Assembly: GCA_030017555.1 (NCBI GenBank)
Contig: JASEIC010000001.1
Span: forward strand, 2,571 to 66,570
From: Patescibacteria group bacterium
GTDB taxonomy: Bacteria > Patescibacteriota > Minisyncoccia > UBA6257 > GWB1-50-10
Direction: 5' to 3'
DNA: 64,000 bases
The first letter of the stretch is position 1, and every line of letters begins with the position of its first letter. Shown here piece after piece: positions 18,834 to 27,245 of this stretch. The notes below the pieces were generated by a model, which was not told the origin of the DNA, ran no database searches, and saw nothing but the letters and a program-made list of their open reading frames with translations. Made by a program: the position numbers and the translations under genes.

Positions 18834-19661
18834 TCAAATATCCGACAAATTGTTAATTTTAAAGAAGTTCTCGAAAAGCTTAGCCACTAGAATCGGGCCA
18901 GTGCCGCCCGGCATCGGAGTATAAAACGAAAGCCGTGAAATATCTCCAGAAACATCTAAATCGCCAGCTAATTTGTTGTTAATTTCGCTGTAACCGAAAT
19001 CAATAACTGCCGCGCCTTGTTTTAATACATCTGATTTAATTAAACCGGTTTTACCAACTCCAGAAATCACTAAATCAGCTTGTTTTAATCCGCCAGCTGG
19101 CGGACTTAAATCACTGCCAATATCAAGCAAATAAATTTCTTGCGCCTTGCCCATAAGCCAAGTTGCGATTGGTTTGCCAATCAAAAAACCCAAACCAACT
19201 ACCGCGATTCTTGATTCTTGAATCTTGAATCTTGTTTCTTTAATTATTTTTTCTACTACTCCGACTGCTGGCGGCAAAATTGGATTTCGACCATTGTAAA
19301 ACGCGCCCAGTACCCGCTCACCCAAAACATCAACATCTTTTTCCCGTGGAATCACATTTAAAACATAATACTTATTTATGTGTTCTGGTAATGGCAATTG
19401 CACGATTATGCCGCCGCAGGTTTTATGATTTGCGATTTTCAAAACTTCTTTCCGCAATTCATCTTGTGAAATTGTTTCCGGAAATTTATACAATCTGAAA
19501 TCAATTTTTAATTCTTGCGCTATTTTCTCCTTTTGCTTTAAAAAGCTGATTGACGCTGAATTTTCACCAATCAAAAATGCGCCTAAAAATTTTGTGGGCT
19601 TCGACAATTTTTTTAGCTCTTCAATAATTCCCTGCGCAATTTTTCTACCATCTATTACCAT
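18834..19661 (-). CDS. folD: Bifunctional methylenetetrahydrofolate dehydrogenase/cyclohydrolase FolD
   Basis: MVIDGRKIAQGIIEELK start, Rossmann GxGxxG-like VVGLGFLIGKP, and length consistent with FolD. Confidence 0.8.
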   Translation of the reverse strand: MVIDGRKIAQGIIEELKKLSKPTKFLGAFLIGENSASISFLKQKEKIAQELKIDFRLYKFPETISQDELRKEVLKIANHKTCGGIIVQLPLPEHINKYYVLNVIPREKDVDVLGERVLGAFYNGRNPILPPAVGVVEKIIKETRFKIQESRIAVVGLGFLIGKPIATWLMGKAQEIYLLDIGSDLSPPAGGLKQADLVISGVGKTGLIKSDVLKQGAAVIDFGYSEINNKLAGDLDVSGDISRLSFYTPMPGGTGPILVAKLFENFFKINNLSDI

Positions 19662-19672
19662 AATAATAAAAA

Positions 19673-20911
19673 TTATTCACCGATAGGAAATTGGGCGCAT
19701 AGTTTTTGAATTACCTCCTTAACTTCCTTTATTTGCTTTCTTAAAATTTTATCAATTATTTGGGCAATAAGCCTCATTTCCTTTTCTTTCATCCCTCTGG
19801 TAGTTAAAGCCGCGGCGCCCAAGCGAATGCCCGAGGGATCTTTTGGCGGCCTTAAATCATAAGGAATTGCCTCAATATTTACCACAATTCCGGCTTTTTC
19901 CAATAAATCCGCTGCCTCATTGCCGCTTATACTATTTTTAAAAGTATCTACATTAAATAAATGGGTATTGGTGCCGCCGGAAATAATTCTCCAACCGAGT
20001 TTTTTTAGTTCTTCGGCTAAAATATAAGTATTTTTTACAACTTGTTTCGCATATTTTTTAAAACTGGGAAGTGATGCCTCATAAAGCGCCACGCCAACTG
20101 CCGCAATAGCATTCATATGCGGTCCGCCTTGAATGCCCGGAAAAACCATCCGGTCAATATTTTTCGATAATTCTTTTTTGGAAAAAATTAATGCGGCTCT
20201 TGGACCACGCAAAGTTTTATGAGTCGTGGTCATTACTACGTGAGCATGGGGAAAAGGCGACGGATATGCACCACCTGTCACCAACCCGGCAAAATGCGAC
20301 ATATCAACCAAAAGTATTGCTTCTACAGCATCAGCAATTTCTCTAAATTTTTTAAAATCTATTACTTTAGAATACGCGCTTCCGCCGGCAATAATGAGTT
20401 TTGGTTTTTCTTTTTTGGCTAATTTTAAAATCTCATCATAATCCAAAAGCTCTGTTTTTGGATCTAAAACATAAGGAATTTGCCGCCACAATTTGCCCGT
20501 AACGCTTGCTTTATAACCATGAGTTAAGTGCCCGCCCATATCCAAGCGCATTCCCATGATTTTTCCCTGCCTACCGGCAGGCAGGTTGCCGCGCGGCACA
20601 AGCGCGAGCAGAATCGCCAAATTAGCCGGCGAACCAGAATATGGCTGAACATTCACATTCCATTTTTTTGACGACAACTGAAATAATCTAAGCGCTCGAG
20701 CTTGAACCAATTCTTCAAGCTCATCAGCAACTTCCGTGCCGCTGTAATAACGCGCGCCAGGATAACCCTCGGCGTATTTATTGACAAAAACCGAACCAAG
20801 CGCGTTCAAAATATCGCCTGATACAAAATTTTCCGAGGCAATTAAATTTAAAGTTTTATTTTGCCGTGTTTGCTCCCGTTTTATTAATTTTTTGATTTTC
20901 CTATCTCGCAT
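19673..20911 (-). CDS. glyA: Serine hydroxymethyltransferase GlyA
   Basis: LIASENFVS plus the PLP-lysine region TTTHKTLRGPR. Confidence 0.95.
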   Translation of the reverse strand: MRDRKIKKLIKREQTRQNKTLNLIASENFVSGDILNALGSVFVNKYAEGYPGARYYSGTEVADELEELVQARALRLFQLSSKKWNVNVQPYSGSPANLAILLALVPRGNLPAGRQGKIMGMRLDMGGHLTHGYKASVTGKLWRQIPYVLDPKTELLDYDEILKLAKKEKPKLIIAGGSAYSKVIDFKKFREIADAVEAILLVDMSHFAGLVTGGAYPSPFPHAHVVMTTTHKTLRGPRAALIFSKKELSKNIDRMVFPGIQGGPHMNAIAAVGVALYEASLPSFKKYAKQVVKNTYILAEELKKLGWRIISGGTNTHLFNVDTFKNSISGNEAADLLEKAGIVVNIEAIPYDLRPPKDPSGIRLGAAALTTRGMKEKEMRLIAQIIDKILRKQIKEVKEVIQKLCAQFPIGE

Positions 20912-20959
20912 AAATCTAAATGTAAACTAAATTCGCTTTTATTTCCAGAAAAAGCAAAA

Positions 20960-20994
20960 TCGCCATTCCTTTTTAAAATGGCGATTTTTTATTA
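20960..20994. terminator. Hairpin terminator (aaaatcgccat...atggcgatttt)
   Basis: 11-bp perfect stem flanked by T/A runs, between minus-strand genes. Confidence 0.55.
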
Positions 20995-21011
20995 CTTCTT
21001 ATTTTAATAAT

Positions 21012-21350
21012 TTACTGATTTAGAAGTTTATTTAACTCGTCCAAGGATTGTCCTTCTTCGGATAAACCCTTAAACCCTTGCGGCTCAAGTTTTACCGGAA
21101 CAGTCAAGCTTGTTGGCGTGGAAGTTACGGCTGAAGTTGAGTTTTCGAGAGGAATAACTGGCGTCACAACCATCTGCTCTCCTCCGGTTTGTTCATTTTG
21201 AGGAAAAGCATTATTTACTTGATTTGCGTCTTGAGGAATATTATTGCTTGGTAAAAAAATCAAAGGCACATACGCGCCAACCACGCCAATCGCAACAATA
21301 ATTACAACAATTTTAACAAATTTTTGCTTTTTCTTAGTATTTAAATTCAT
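21012..21350 (-). CDS. Small N-terminally anchored membrane/secreted protein (hypothetical); start trimmed to the internal Met
   Basis: The MNLNTKKKQKFVKIVVIIVAIGVVGAYV start avoids the overlap with the upstream gene. Confidence 0.4.
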   Translation of the reverse strand: MNLNTKKKQKFVKIVVIIVAIGVVGAYVPLIFLPSNNIPQDANQVNNAFPQNEQTGGEQMVVTPVIPLENSTSAVTSTPTSLTVPVKLEPQGFKGLSEEGQSLDELNKLLNQ

Positions 21351-21411
21351 ACCCCCTCTATTAAAGCTCCAGAAAATAAAGAAGTCAATCCCATCCCATA
21401 CGAGGCAAAAC

Positions 21412-21978
21412 TTAAATAAGCTGGGGATGAGAATTTTCTTCTTTTGGAACTTGCAATTCAACTTTAAGCATTTTAACGCTATTTCTGTCAGGAAACCATA
21501 AAAAGCCTTGTTTTTTTATAAGTTCGAAGATTTCCTTGGTAATTTTCACGTCCTGAAGACAATAATTCTTTAATTTCTCTATTTCACCATTGCGGTAAAA
21601 ATCAATTGCTTCCAAACCGTGGGCGCTTTTTTTCATGCCTAGATTTGCTTCCGCAAGCATGCCTAAACCGATGCGCCGACTCATTTTTTTTTCAATTTCC
21701 TCCAAAATATCAAAGTGGGGTATAGCCGCTAAATTAAAAGGAAAATATTTTTCCAAAACCGGCACATCAAAACGTTTACTCGAAAAACCAATCAGCATTT
21801 TTGCGTTTTGTAAAAGTTTGCCCGCTTTTTCCAATTCATGCTCATTAAAACAAATGTAACTATCGTCCGCGTAAGAATAAACACCAATGACCGAAACATC
21901 GAGTCTTTTTAAATTTTCCTGACCCCCCACATCAGCAAATGAATTTTTTGTTTCAATATCAAAAACTATTTTATCCAT
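21412..21978 (-). CDS. RNase H-like 3'-5' exonuclease, PolB-exo-like (YprB / RNase_H_2 family, putative)
   Basis: N-terminal FDIET Exo I motif (MDKIVFDIETKNSF...VIGVYSY). Confidence 0.5.
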   Translation of the reverse strand: MDKIVFDIETKNSFADVGGQENLKRLDVSVIGVYSYADDSYICFNEHELEKAGKLLQNAKMLIGFSSKRFDVPVLEKYFPFNLAAIPHFDILEEIEKKMSRRIGLGMLAEANLGMKKSAHGLEAIDFYRNGEIEKLKNYCLQDVKITKEIFELIKKQGFLWFPDRNSVKMLKVELQVPKEENSHPQLI

Positions 21979-21981
21979 ATC

Positions 21982-22464
21982 CTACACGTGCCTGTCCGCA
22001 ACTTTGGACGCGGCATAACTTTCTGGTTTTGTTTTTGCTTCAAAATTATTAGCTCGAATCATACCCACCACCTCCTGAATTAAAACCCTTGTTTCGCCAT
22101 TTTCACCAACATCAGCGTGAATTTCAAAATCCCATTCCATAAAACCTGCTTCTTTTTCAAGCGTTAAAAGCAATTCTTTGGCAATATCAATCGAAAGTAA
22201 TACTTCTTTAATTATCCGATCTCGAAGCGTATGAAACTTGCCTAAAGTAATTCGCCGCCAAAAATAACGCCCGCCATTACCGACTCGATGAACAACAATC
22301 GCGGTCACAAAATCGCCGTTTTTGTTTGAAAGCTGCTCTGAATCAGTGCCAATAATTACTTTATAAAACCGCTTAGTGTCGGCTTTCATGAAACGAATGA
22401 TTTCTTGAACCACATCTTTAATATTAAGTTGTAAGCCAAATGAACTATGAAAAAGTAACGGCAT
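21982..22464 (-). CDS. DUF458/YkuK-like RNase H-fold protein (putative)
   Basis: IIGTDSEQ motif and ~160 aa size resemble the YkuK family. Adjacent to the exonuclease-like gene. Confidence 0.4.
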   Translation of the reverse strand: MPLLFHSSFGLQLNIKDVVQEIIRFMKADTKRFYKVIIGTDSEQLSNKNGDFVTAIVVHRVGNGGRYFWRRITLGKFHTLRDRIIKEVLLSIDIAKELLLTLEKEAGFMEWDFEIHADVGENGETRVLIQEVVGMIRANNFEAKTKPESYAASKVADRHV

Positions 22465-22596
22465 TAATTTACATTATGCTTAAAATATTATCTCGTCAAT
22501 CTTTTGATAATTCGATAAACTCACCACAATGTTTTGATTAATAAAAAAGCCCCACCATCGGCAGAACAAATATTGTTTCCCATGCCGTTTTTTGTT

Positions 22597-23139
22597 TTAA
22601 ATTATTTTATTGCCGCGTTTTCCGAATCCTGTTGCGTACTCGCCAAAATTTGTTTTACCAGCCAAATAACCCCAGGAATCAGCAAAAATAATGCGGTTTT
22701 TTGTTTTTATTTCCAAATACTGGTGAATATTAAATTCATAAAAAGTAAGATGCTCTTTAACGTCATTTTCACTAAACCTTCCGCTCTTTATAAGCATTGT
22801 TTTTAGCGCGAAATTTAACACGTTACACGTTTGTTTTTCGCCAATTTGATTCCAAATTTTATCAATATTTTTACGAAACATAATTTGAGGATATAAATGA
22901 GTTTGCCCAATCTTTATAATGTATCGCTTTTTTAAAAAATCTAAAAGCAATTTAATAAATTTTTCATCAGAGTTTTTTGTTTTTTCAGAAATTTCATCAG
23001 CGGTTTTTTGCATTTCAGAATTAATTACTTCTGGTATGGAAATTTTTCGCAAATGCGGAATAACAAACGGCGCAACAACGAAAATAATGAAAAAATAAAC
23101 TAAAATAACAATAAGAATTATAAGAACAAAAAACGGCAT
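22597..23139 (-). CDS. N-terminally anchored membrane protein (hypothetical)
   Basis: Strong N-terminal TM (FFVLIILIVILVYFFIIFVVAPFVI). 180 aa. Confidence 0.45.
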   Translation of the reverse strand: MPFFVLIILIVILVYFFIIFVVAPFVIPHLRKISIPEVINSEMQKTADEISEKTKNSDEKFIKLLLDFLKKRYIIKIGQTHLYPQIMFRKNIDKIWNQIGEKQTCNVLNFALKTMLIKSGRFSENDVKEHLTFYEFNIHQYLEIKTKNRIIFADSWGYLAGKTNFGEYATGFGKRGNKII

Positions 23140-23154
23140 GAAAATTTTTGTAAG

Positions 23155-23226
23155 TGGGCACTGAGGGGATTGAACCCCCGACCTACTCGGTGTAAACGAG
23201 TCGCTCTACCACTGAGCTAAGTGCCC
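23155..23226 (-). tRNA. tRNA-Val (anticodon UAC); no CCA encoded
   Basis: Reverse complement gggcacttagctcagtggtagagcgactcgtttacaccgagtaggtcgggggttcaatcccctcagtgccca folds as a cloverleaf with anticodon loop ttTACac. Confidence 0.85.
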
Positions 23227-23237
23227 TCAAATCTAAC

Positions 23238-23280
23238 GGGGTGAATAAACTGAACGCTCTAATCACTGAGCTATGCGCCC
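23238..23280 (-). pseudogene. Orphan tRNA 5'-half fragment: acceptor 5' strand, D-arm and start of anticodon stem, with no 3' partner
   Basis: Reverse complement gggcgcatagctcagtgattagagcgttcag... has a perfect acceptor/D-arm but no complementary anticodon stem, T-arm or acceptor 3' strand before tRNA-Val begins. Confidence 0.5.
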
Positions 23281-23286
23281 AAGCTT

Positions 23287-23362
23287 TGGTGGGCGCGGAA
23301 GGGATCGAACCTTCGACTTCTGACTTATAAGGTCAGCGTTCTGCCACTGAACTACGCGCCCC
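23287..23362 (-). tRNA. tRNA-Ile with genomically encoded UAU anticodon; CCA encoded
   Basis: Reverse complement gggcgcgtagttcagtggcagaacgctgaccttataagtcagaagtcgaaggttcgatcccttccgcgcccacca. Anticodon stem ctgac/gtcag with loop ctTATaa. Confidence 0.8.
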
Positions 23363-23374
23363 CAAACATTCTAG

Positions 23375-25252
23375 TTATTTAATAACTATCGGTTTAAGAT
23401 TAAAACTTTTTATAATTTTGTAAAACTCTTCATGTTCTAAAGTTTCTTTTTCAATCAAGATTTTAGCAATTCTATCAAGTGTTTCTTTTCGAGTTTCAAT
23501 TATTTTCTTAGCCGTATTTAAAGCTTTATTTATAAGACTTTTTACTTCTTTATCTATTTCCGCGCCAATTTCTTCAGAATAATCCTTTTCAGTAGAAATC
23601 TCGCGGCCTAAGAAAATAAGCTCTTGGGTTTTACCAAAAGACCTTGGACCTAATTTTTCATTCATTCCGTATTGAGTAATTAATCGATGAGCTAATTCAG
23701 TCGCTTGCCGAATATCACTTGAAGAACCGGTGGTAATATCTTTAAAAATTAAAAGTTCCGCCGCGTAACCGCCAAACGAAACCGCAAGATCTGTTAAAAA
23801 TTGAGACTTGGTTCTTAACCGCCGCTCTTCAATTGGAAGTTTAATAGTATAACCGCCGGCAATACCGCGACTAACAATTGAGACTTTATGAATCGGATCG
23901 GCTTCTTTTAATGACGCCGCAACCAACGCATGGCCTGCTTCGTGATAAGCGGTAATTTCTTTTTCTTTTGGTGAAATAATTCTGCTTTTTCTAGCAGGAC
24001 CTAAAAGCACTTTTTCAATAGAAGTTAAAATATCATCTTGAGCAATGATTTTGCGATTATGCCTTGCCGCCATAATTGCGGCTTCATTCAGTAAATTAGC
24101 GAGATCAGCGCCGGCAAAACCCGGCGTTCTTACGGCGACAGTTTTTAAATCGGTATTTTTATCCAAATTTTTCCCGCGACTGTGAATTTTTAAAATTTCC
24201 TCCCGGTCATTTATATCCGGCATATCAAGAATAACTCTTCGATCAAATCGGCCGGGACGCAAAAGCGCTTGATCTAAAATATCAGCCCGATTTGTCGCAG
24301 CTACAACAATAACATTTGTATCCCGTTCAAAACCGTCCATTTCCACCAAAATTTGATTTAGGGTTTGCTCCCTTTCGTCATGCCCGCCACCCAAACCAGC
24401 GCCACGCTCACGCCCGACCGCATCAATCTCATCAATAAAAACAATGGAAGGCGCGGCCCGCTTTGCGGTTTGAAACAAATCTCTTACCCGGGATGCGCCA
24501 ACGCCAACAAACATTTCCACAAACTCTGACGCGGAAATATGGAAAAATGGAACATTTGATTCGCCAGCGACCGCTCGCGCAAGAAGAGTTTTGCCTGTAC
24601 CTGGTGGGCCCATTAAAAGCACGCCACGGGGAATTCGAGCGCCGATTTCCAAAAACTTTTTTGGATTTTTTAAAAAATCCACAACTTCTTCTAATTCTTC
24701 TTTTGATTCCCTAAGCCCGGCCACGTCTTTAAAAGTTACCTTATCGCGCGATTGAGCAAAAAGACGAAGATTAACTTTACCAAAAGAAAAAGCTTGATTA
24801 ACGCCGGTTTTTGCCTGACGGAAAATCCACCAAAAAAGAGCGACCAAAATAATAATTGGCAAAAGAGAAGGAATAAGAATGCCTAACCAATATTTAATAC
24901 CGCTTTCGTCTTCGATTTTGTAAGAAACTTTTTGGAGCGCTTTTTCGTCAACGCCATAGTTTTTCAAAGTTTCCGTAAGCGAACTTTCGGCTTCTTTCCG
25001 AGAAATAGCATTAGTGCCGTCTTGAAGCAAAACCTTAACATCAGAACCGCCAACTGTAATATTTTTTACTTCACCAGCGTTAATCTTTTCGGCAACCTGA
25101 TCTAAAGTAAGTATCTGCGCGTCCGGCGAGCTAGATTCAAAAAGAAACGAAAAAAGAAGAGTAATGGAAAAAAGGACAATAAACGCCCAAAAGAAATTTT
25201 TGCCTAAATTTTTCATCCTTAAAATATTACAGGAATTTAAAACGAAAATCAA
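23375..25252 (-). CDS. ftsH: ATP-dependent zinc metalloprotease FtsH
   Basis: Walker [17 protein letters not shown] region, and zinc motif HEAGHA. Confidence 0.95.
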   Translation of the reverse strand: MIFVLNSCNILRMKNLGKNFFWAFIVLFSITLLFSFLFESSSPDAQILTLDQVAEKINAGEVKNITVGGSDVKVLLQDGTNAISRKEAESSLTETLKNYGVDEKALQKVSYKIEDESGIKYWLGILIPSLLPIIILVALFWWIFRQAKTGVNQAFSFGKVNLRLFAQSRDKVTFKDVAGLRESKEELEEVVDFLKNPKKFLEIGARIPRGVLLMGPPGTGKTLLARAVAGESNVPFFHISASEFVEMFVGVGASRVRDLFQTAKRAAPSIVFIDEIDAVGRERGAGLGGGHDEREQTLNQILVEMDGFERDTNVIVVAATNRADILDQALLRPGRFDRRVILDMPDINDREEILKIHSRGKNLDKNTDLKTVAVRTPGFAGADLANLLNEAAIMAARHNRKIIAQDDILTSIEKVLLGPARKSRIISPKEKEITAYHEAGHALVAASLKEADPIHKVSIVSRGIAGGYTIKLPIEERRLRTKSQFLTDLAVSFGGYAAELLIFKDITTGSSSDIRQATELAHRLITQYGMNEKLGPRSFGKTQELIFLGREISTEKDYSEEIGAEIDKEVKSLINKALNTAKKIIETRKETLDRIAKILIEKETLEHEEFYKIIKSFNLKPIVIK

Positions 25253-25267
25253 TTTAAAATAAAAAAC

Positions 25268-25289
25268 CGCTCCGAGTCTGGACTCGGAG
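25268..25289 (-). terminator. Intrinsic terminator for the minus-strand gene 25306..25974 (gctccgagtc tg gactcggagc + T-run on the minus strand)
   Basis: Perfect 10-bp stem. The A-run on the plus strand gives a U-run on the minus strand. Confidence 0.6.
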
Positions 25290-25305
25290 CGAGATGATTA
25301 TAATT

Positions 25306-25974
25306 TTAAAATTGAAGAATTATTCCCCTGCAATACGCTTCAGCAATTCTGATTATCTTGTTTTTAATAGTAAATTCCGTATCTTTTTCATTTACAATTA
25401 ATGCGGGAATTTTATGGCCAAATTGACGCGCGTGCTCTTTTAATCCCTCGAATGAACTTTTTACCTGAATCGGTATTTCTTTTTGTTCTTCTTTGGAAAT
25501 AAATAAAATATTAAGATCAATACCATCATATCGGTCTTGATTTTTTGTGGACAGCCAAACATCCCTCACTGGTGAATTGCCAATCATATTTTTTGCTGTT
25601 GCAAAAACCATATCTTCATGCTGCCAACCTTTTTTACGAGCGTTAATTTCCCTTAAAATTGTCTCCGTCAAATCTTTAAAATCAGGAACTTCTTTTAAAA
25701 AAATTTGGCCGTGATAAGCCGATTCTCTGTGCCGCCAATCCTTTACTGGTTCAATGAATTCAATTTTTAAACGCGGTTTGTCTTTTCTTATTTTAAGAAT
25801 AAATTCAATTAGTCTTGCTTCTACTTTTCCTTCTTTGTAACCTTCAATTACATTATTGTCCCGTAAATCTTTTAAGACTTGTCGAATTAAACTTTTGCTC
25901 CAGCTAATTACTCTTGATCGCAGTTTGGTTTTTTTCATTTTCAGCACCGTCCTTTTCTTTAATTGACTGCTCAA
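25306..25974 (-). CDS. Hypothetical protein, possible PD-(D/E)xK-like nuclease fold (weak)
   Basis: 222 aa. Segment YDGIDLNILFISKEEQKEIPIQVKSS loosely resembles D...(E/Q)xK nuclease motifs. The overlap with the next gene makes the exact start uncertain. Confidence 0.4.
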   Translation of the reverse strand: MSSQLKKRTVLKMKKTKLRSRVISWSKSLIRQVLKDLRDNNVIEGYKEGKVEARLIEFILKIRKDKPRLKIEFIEPVKDWRHRESAYHGQIFLKEVPDFKDLTETILREINARKKGWQHEDMVFATAKNMIGNSPVRDVWLSTKNQDRYDGIDLNILFISKEEQKEIPIQVKSSFEGLKEHARQFGHKIPALIVNEKDTEFTIKNKIIRIAEAYCRGIILQF

Positions 25975-26215
25975 TCACGTGTTTTACGTTATCGAAATTA
26001 ATCGGGAAAAAAGAATCAAAATTAATAACAATCGGACTTTTATTATCAGCGCGAATTATTCGAGCTTTTATTTTAAAAATCTCTTTGGTTGATGACTGGA
26101 TTACTGAAAAACTTTCAATACCAAACATACCTCTTTTTTTTAAACTGCAAAGAGCTGATTTAATGGTAGAAATTCGAACGTTTAATTCATTAAAGCTAAT
26201 TAGTGGTTTTTTCAC
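25904..26215 (-). CDS. Hypothetical 103-aa protein; overlaps the downstream gene by 35-71 nt
   Basis: ORF only. No motifs. Confidence 0.35.
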   Translation of the reverse strand: MKKPLISFNELNVRISTIKSALCSLKKRGMFGIESFSVIQSSTKEIFKIKARIIRADNKSPIVINFDSFFPINFDNVKHVIEQSIKEKDGAENEKNQTAIKSN

Positions 26216-26351
26216 TCTGTTTCCTTATTTAGTTATCAAATTTAGCTAAAGTAAAACATAACACTAACTAGAAAATAATGCAAGGTGTTATAAAAATGAA
26301 AAGCCCCGCAAGATTTTTAGTTCTGGGGGCTTAAATATTACTTTAAATTAT

Positions 26352-27128
26352 TTAGACGGCTGTCGGCTGGGCAGAAATCCCTTTTCGAGTCGCATTCACC
26401 ATATCCCAATAAGCATTTTTTTCGGCTAAATCAGTGATCGCGTAGTGCGGCGGGCACTCTTCGTAAAAGCAGTTATGGCTTGCTTTAAACCATGCCTGTT
26501 CTGCGGCTAGCGTAAAATTCTTTTCTGCTATTTTACGCATAATGTGTTCGGGCGGAGAATTGCCATCAGCGATCCAAAAGAATGCTTCGTTCGTCCACTT
26601 AATAGTTGGCGTTTCTTCATGAAACTCAATCGCGGTTTTCGTAACTCGGAAGTCAACTGGCAGCTTCTTCGCAAGAAGGTAGAAACTATCGCTTTCCGGC
26701 ACAATGCTATATGCGATGATAGTCCCAAAATCGCGAAGCGCGCTCGCTTCCACGACATAAAGCACATCGTGGACAGTACGAAATCCAGCAATTGGACCGT
26801 TGGTCCACTCAACTGGCAACTTTTGACCAAGTCGGTTACAGATAATCTTCCCACAATTCGGTTCGCTAATTTCTACCGCTTGAAGTTGGAAGAAAAACTT
26901 CAAACCCTGAGGAATTTCAACTAACGGAACGATCTTATAAATCTCTTCACCCGTCTTTTCGGTAAAGTCATCTTCAAGACTACAGAGAATTTGTGTCCGA
27001 GGCACATTTTTTCCCCCTTGCCGAACAAACATCACTTGTTTATTTTTCTTGTTTAAGGCAAGTTCTCGAAATTGCCCGCGATGACCATTGATCATCGCAA
27101 AAACTTCAACGTTGTTTAATTTAGTCAT
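26352..27128 (-). CDS. Hypothetical 258-aa protein encoded by a GC-rich compositional outlier gene; monocistronic with its own consensus promoter and terminator
   Basis: Visibly higher G+C than its neighbours, with overlapping alternative-frame ORFs. SD AGGAG upstream of the ATG. Promoter at 27186-27214(-). Hairpin terminator at ~26295-26330. Confidence 0.55.
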   Translation of the reverse strand: MTKLNNVEVFAMINGHRGQFRELALNKKNKQVMFVRQGGKNVPRTQILCSLEDDFTEKTGEEIYKIVPLVEIPQGLKFFFQLQAVEISEPNCGKIICNRLGQKLPVEWTNGPIAGFRTVHDVLYVVEASALRDFGTIIAYSIVPESDSFYLLAKKLPVDFRVTKTAIEFHEETPTIKWTNEAFFWIADGNSPPEHIMRKIAEKNFTLAAEQAWFKASHNCFYEECPPHYAITDLAEKNAYWDMVNATRKGISAQPTAV

Positions 27129-27185
27129 TTTAAAATCTCCTATTAAATTGTTAAAAAATAATTATTGAATTATAAAAACTGCTAT

Positions 27186-27214
27186 AATTATAGCAGTCCT
27201 TGTTTCGTTTGTCA
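27186..27214 (-). promoter_or_regulatory. Minus-strand consensus promoter TTGACA-N17-TATAAT with the same 18-bp palindromic -10 module (27178..27195) as the promoter at 12440
   Basis: Reverse complement reads ggtattgacaaacgaaacaaggactgctataattatagcagttttta. Shares the identical blocks GGTATTGACAA and CTGCTATAATTATAGCAGTTTTTA with the 12.4 kb site. Confidence 0.55.
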
Positions 27215-27245
27215 ATACCGAATAAGCCTTTATTTTACTAAGTTT

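Noticed and set aside
22534-22806. Track ORF 22534..22806(+), 90 aa
   Set aside because: Overlaps the 3' end of the better-supported minus-strand membrane protein gene 22597..23139. Low-complexity hydrophobic peptide with no SD.
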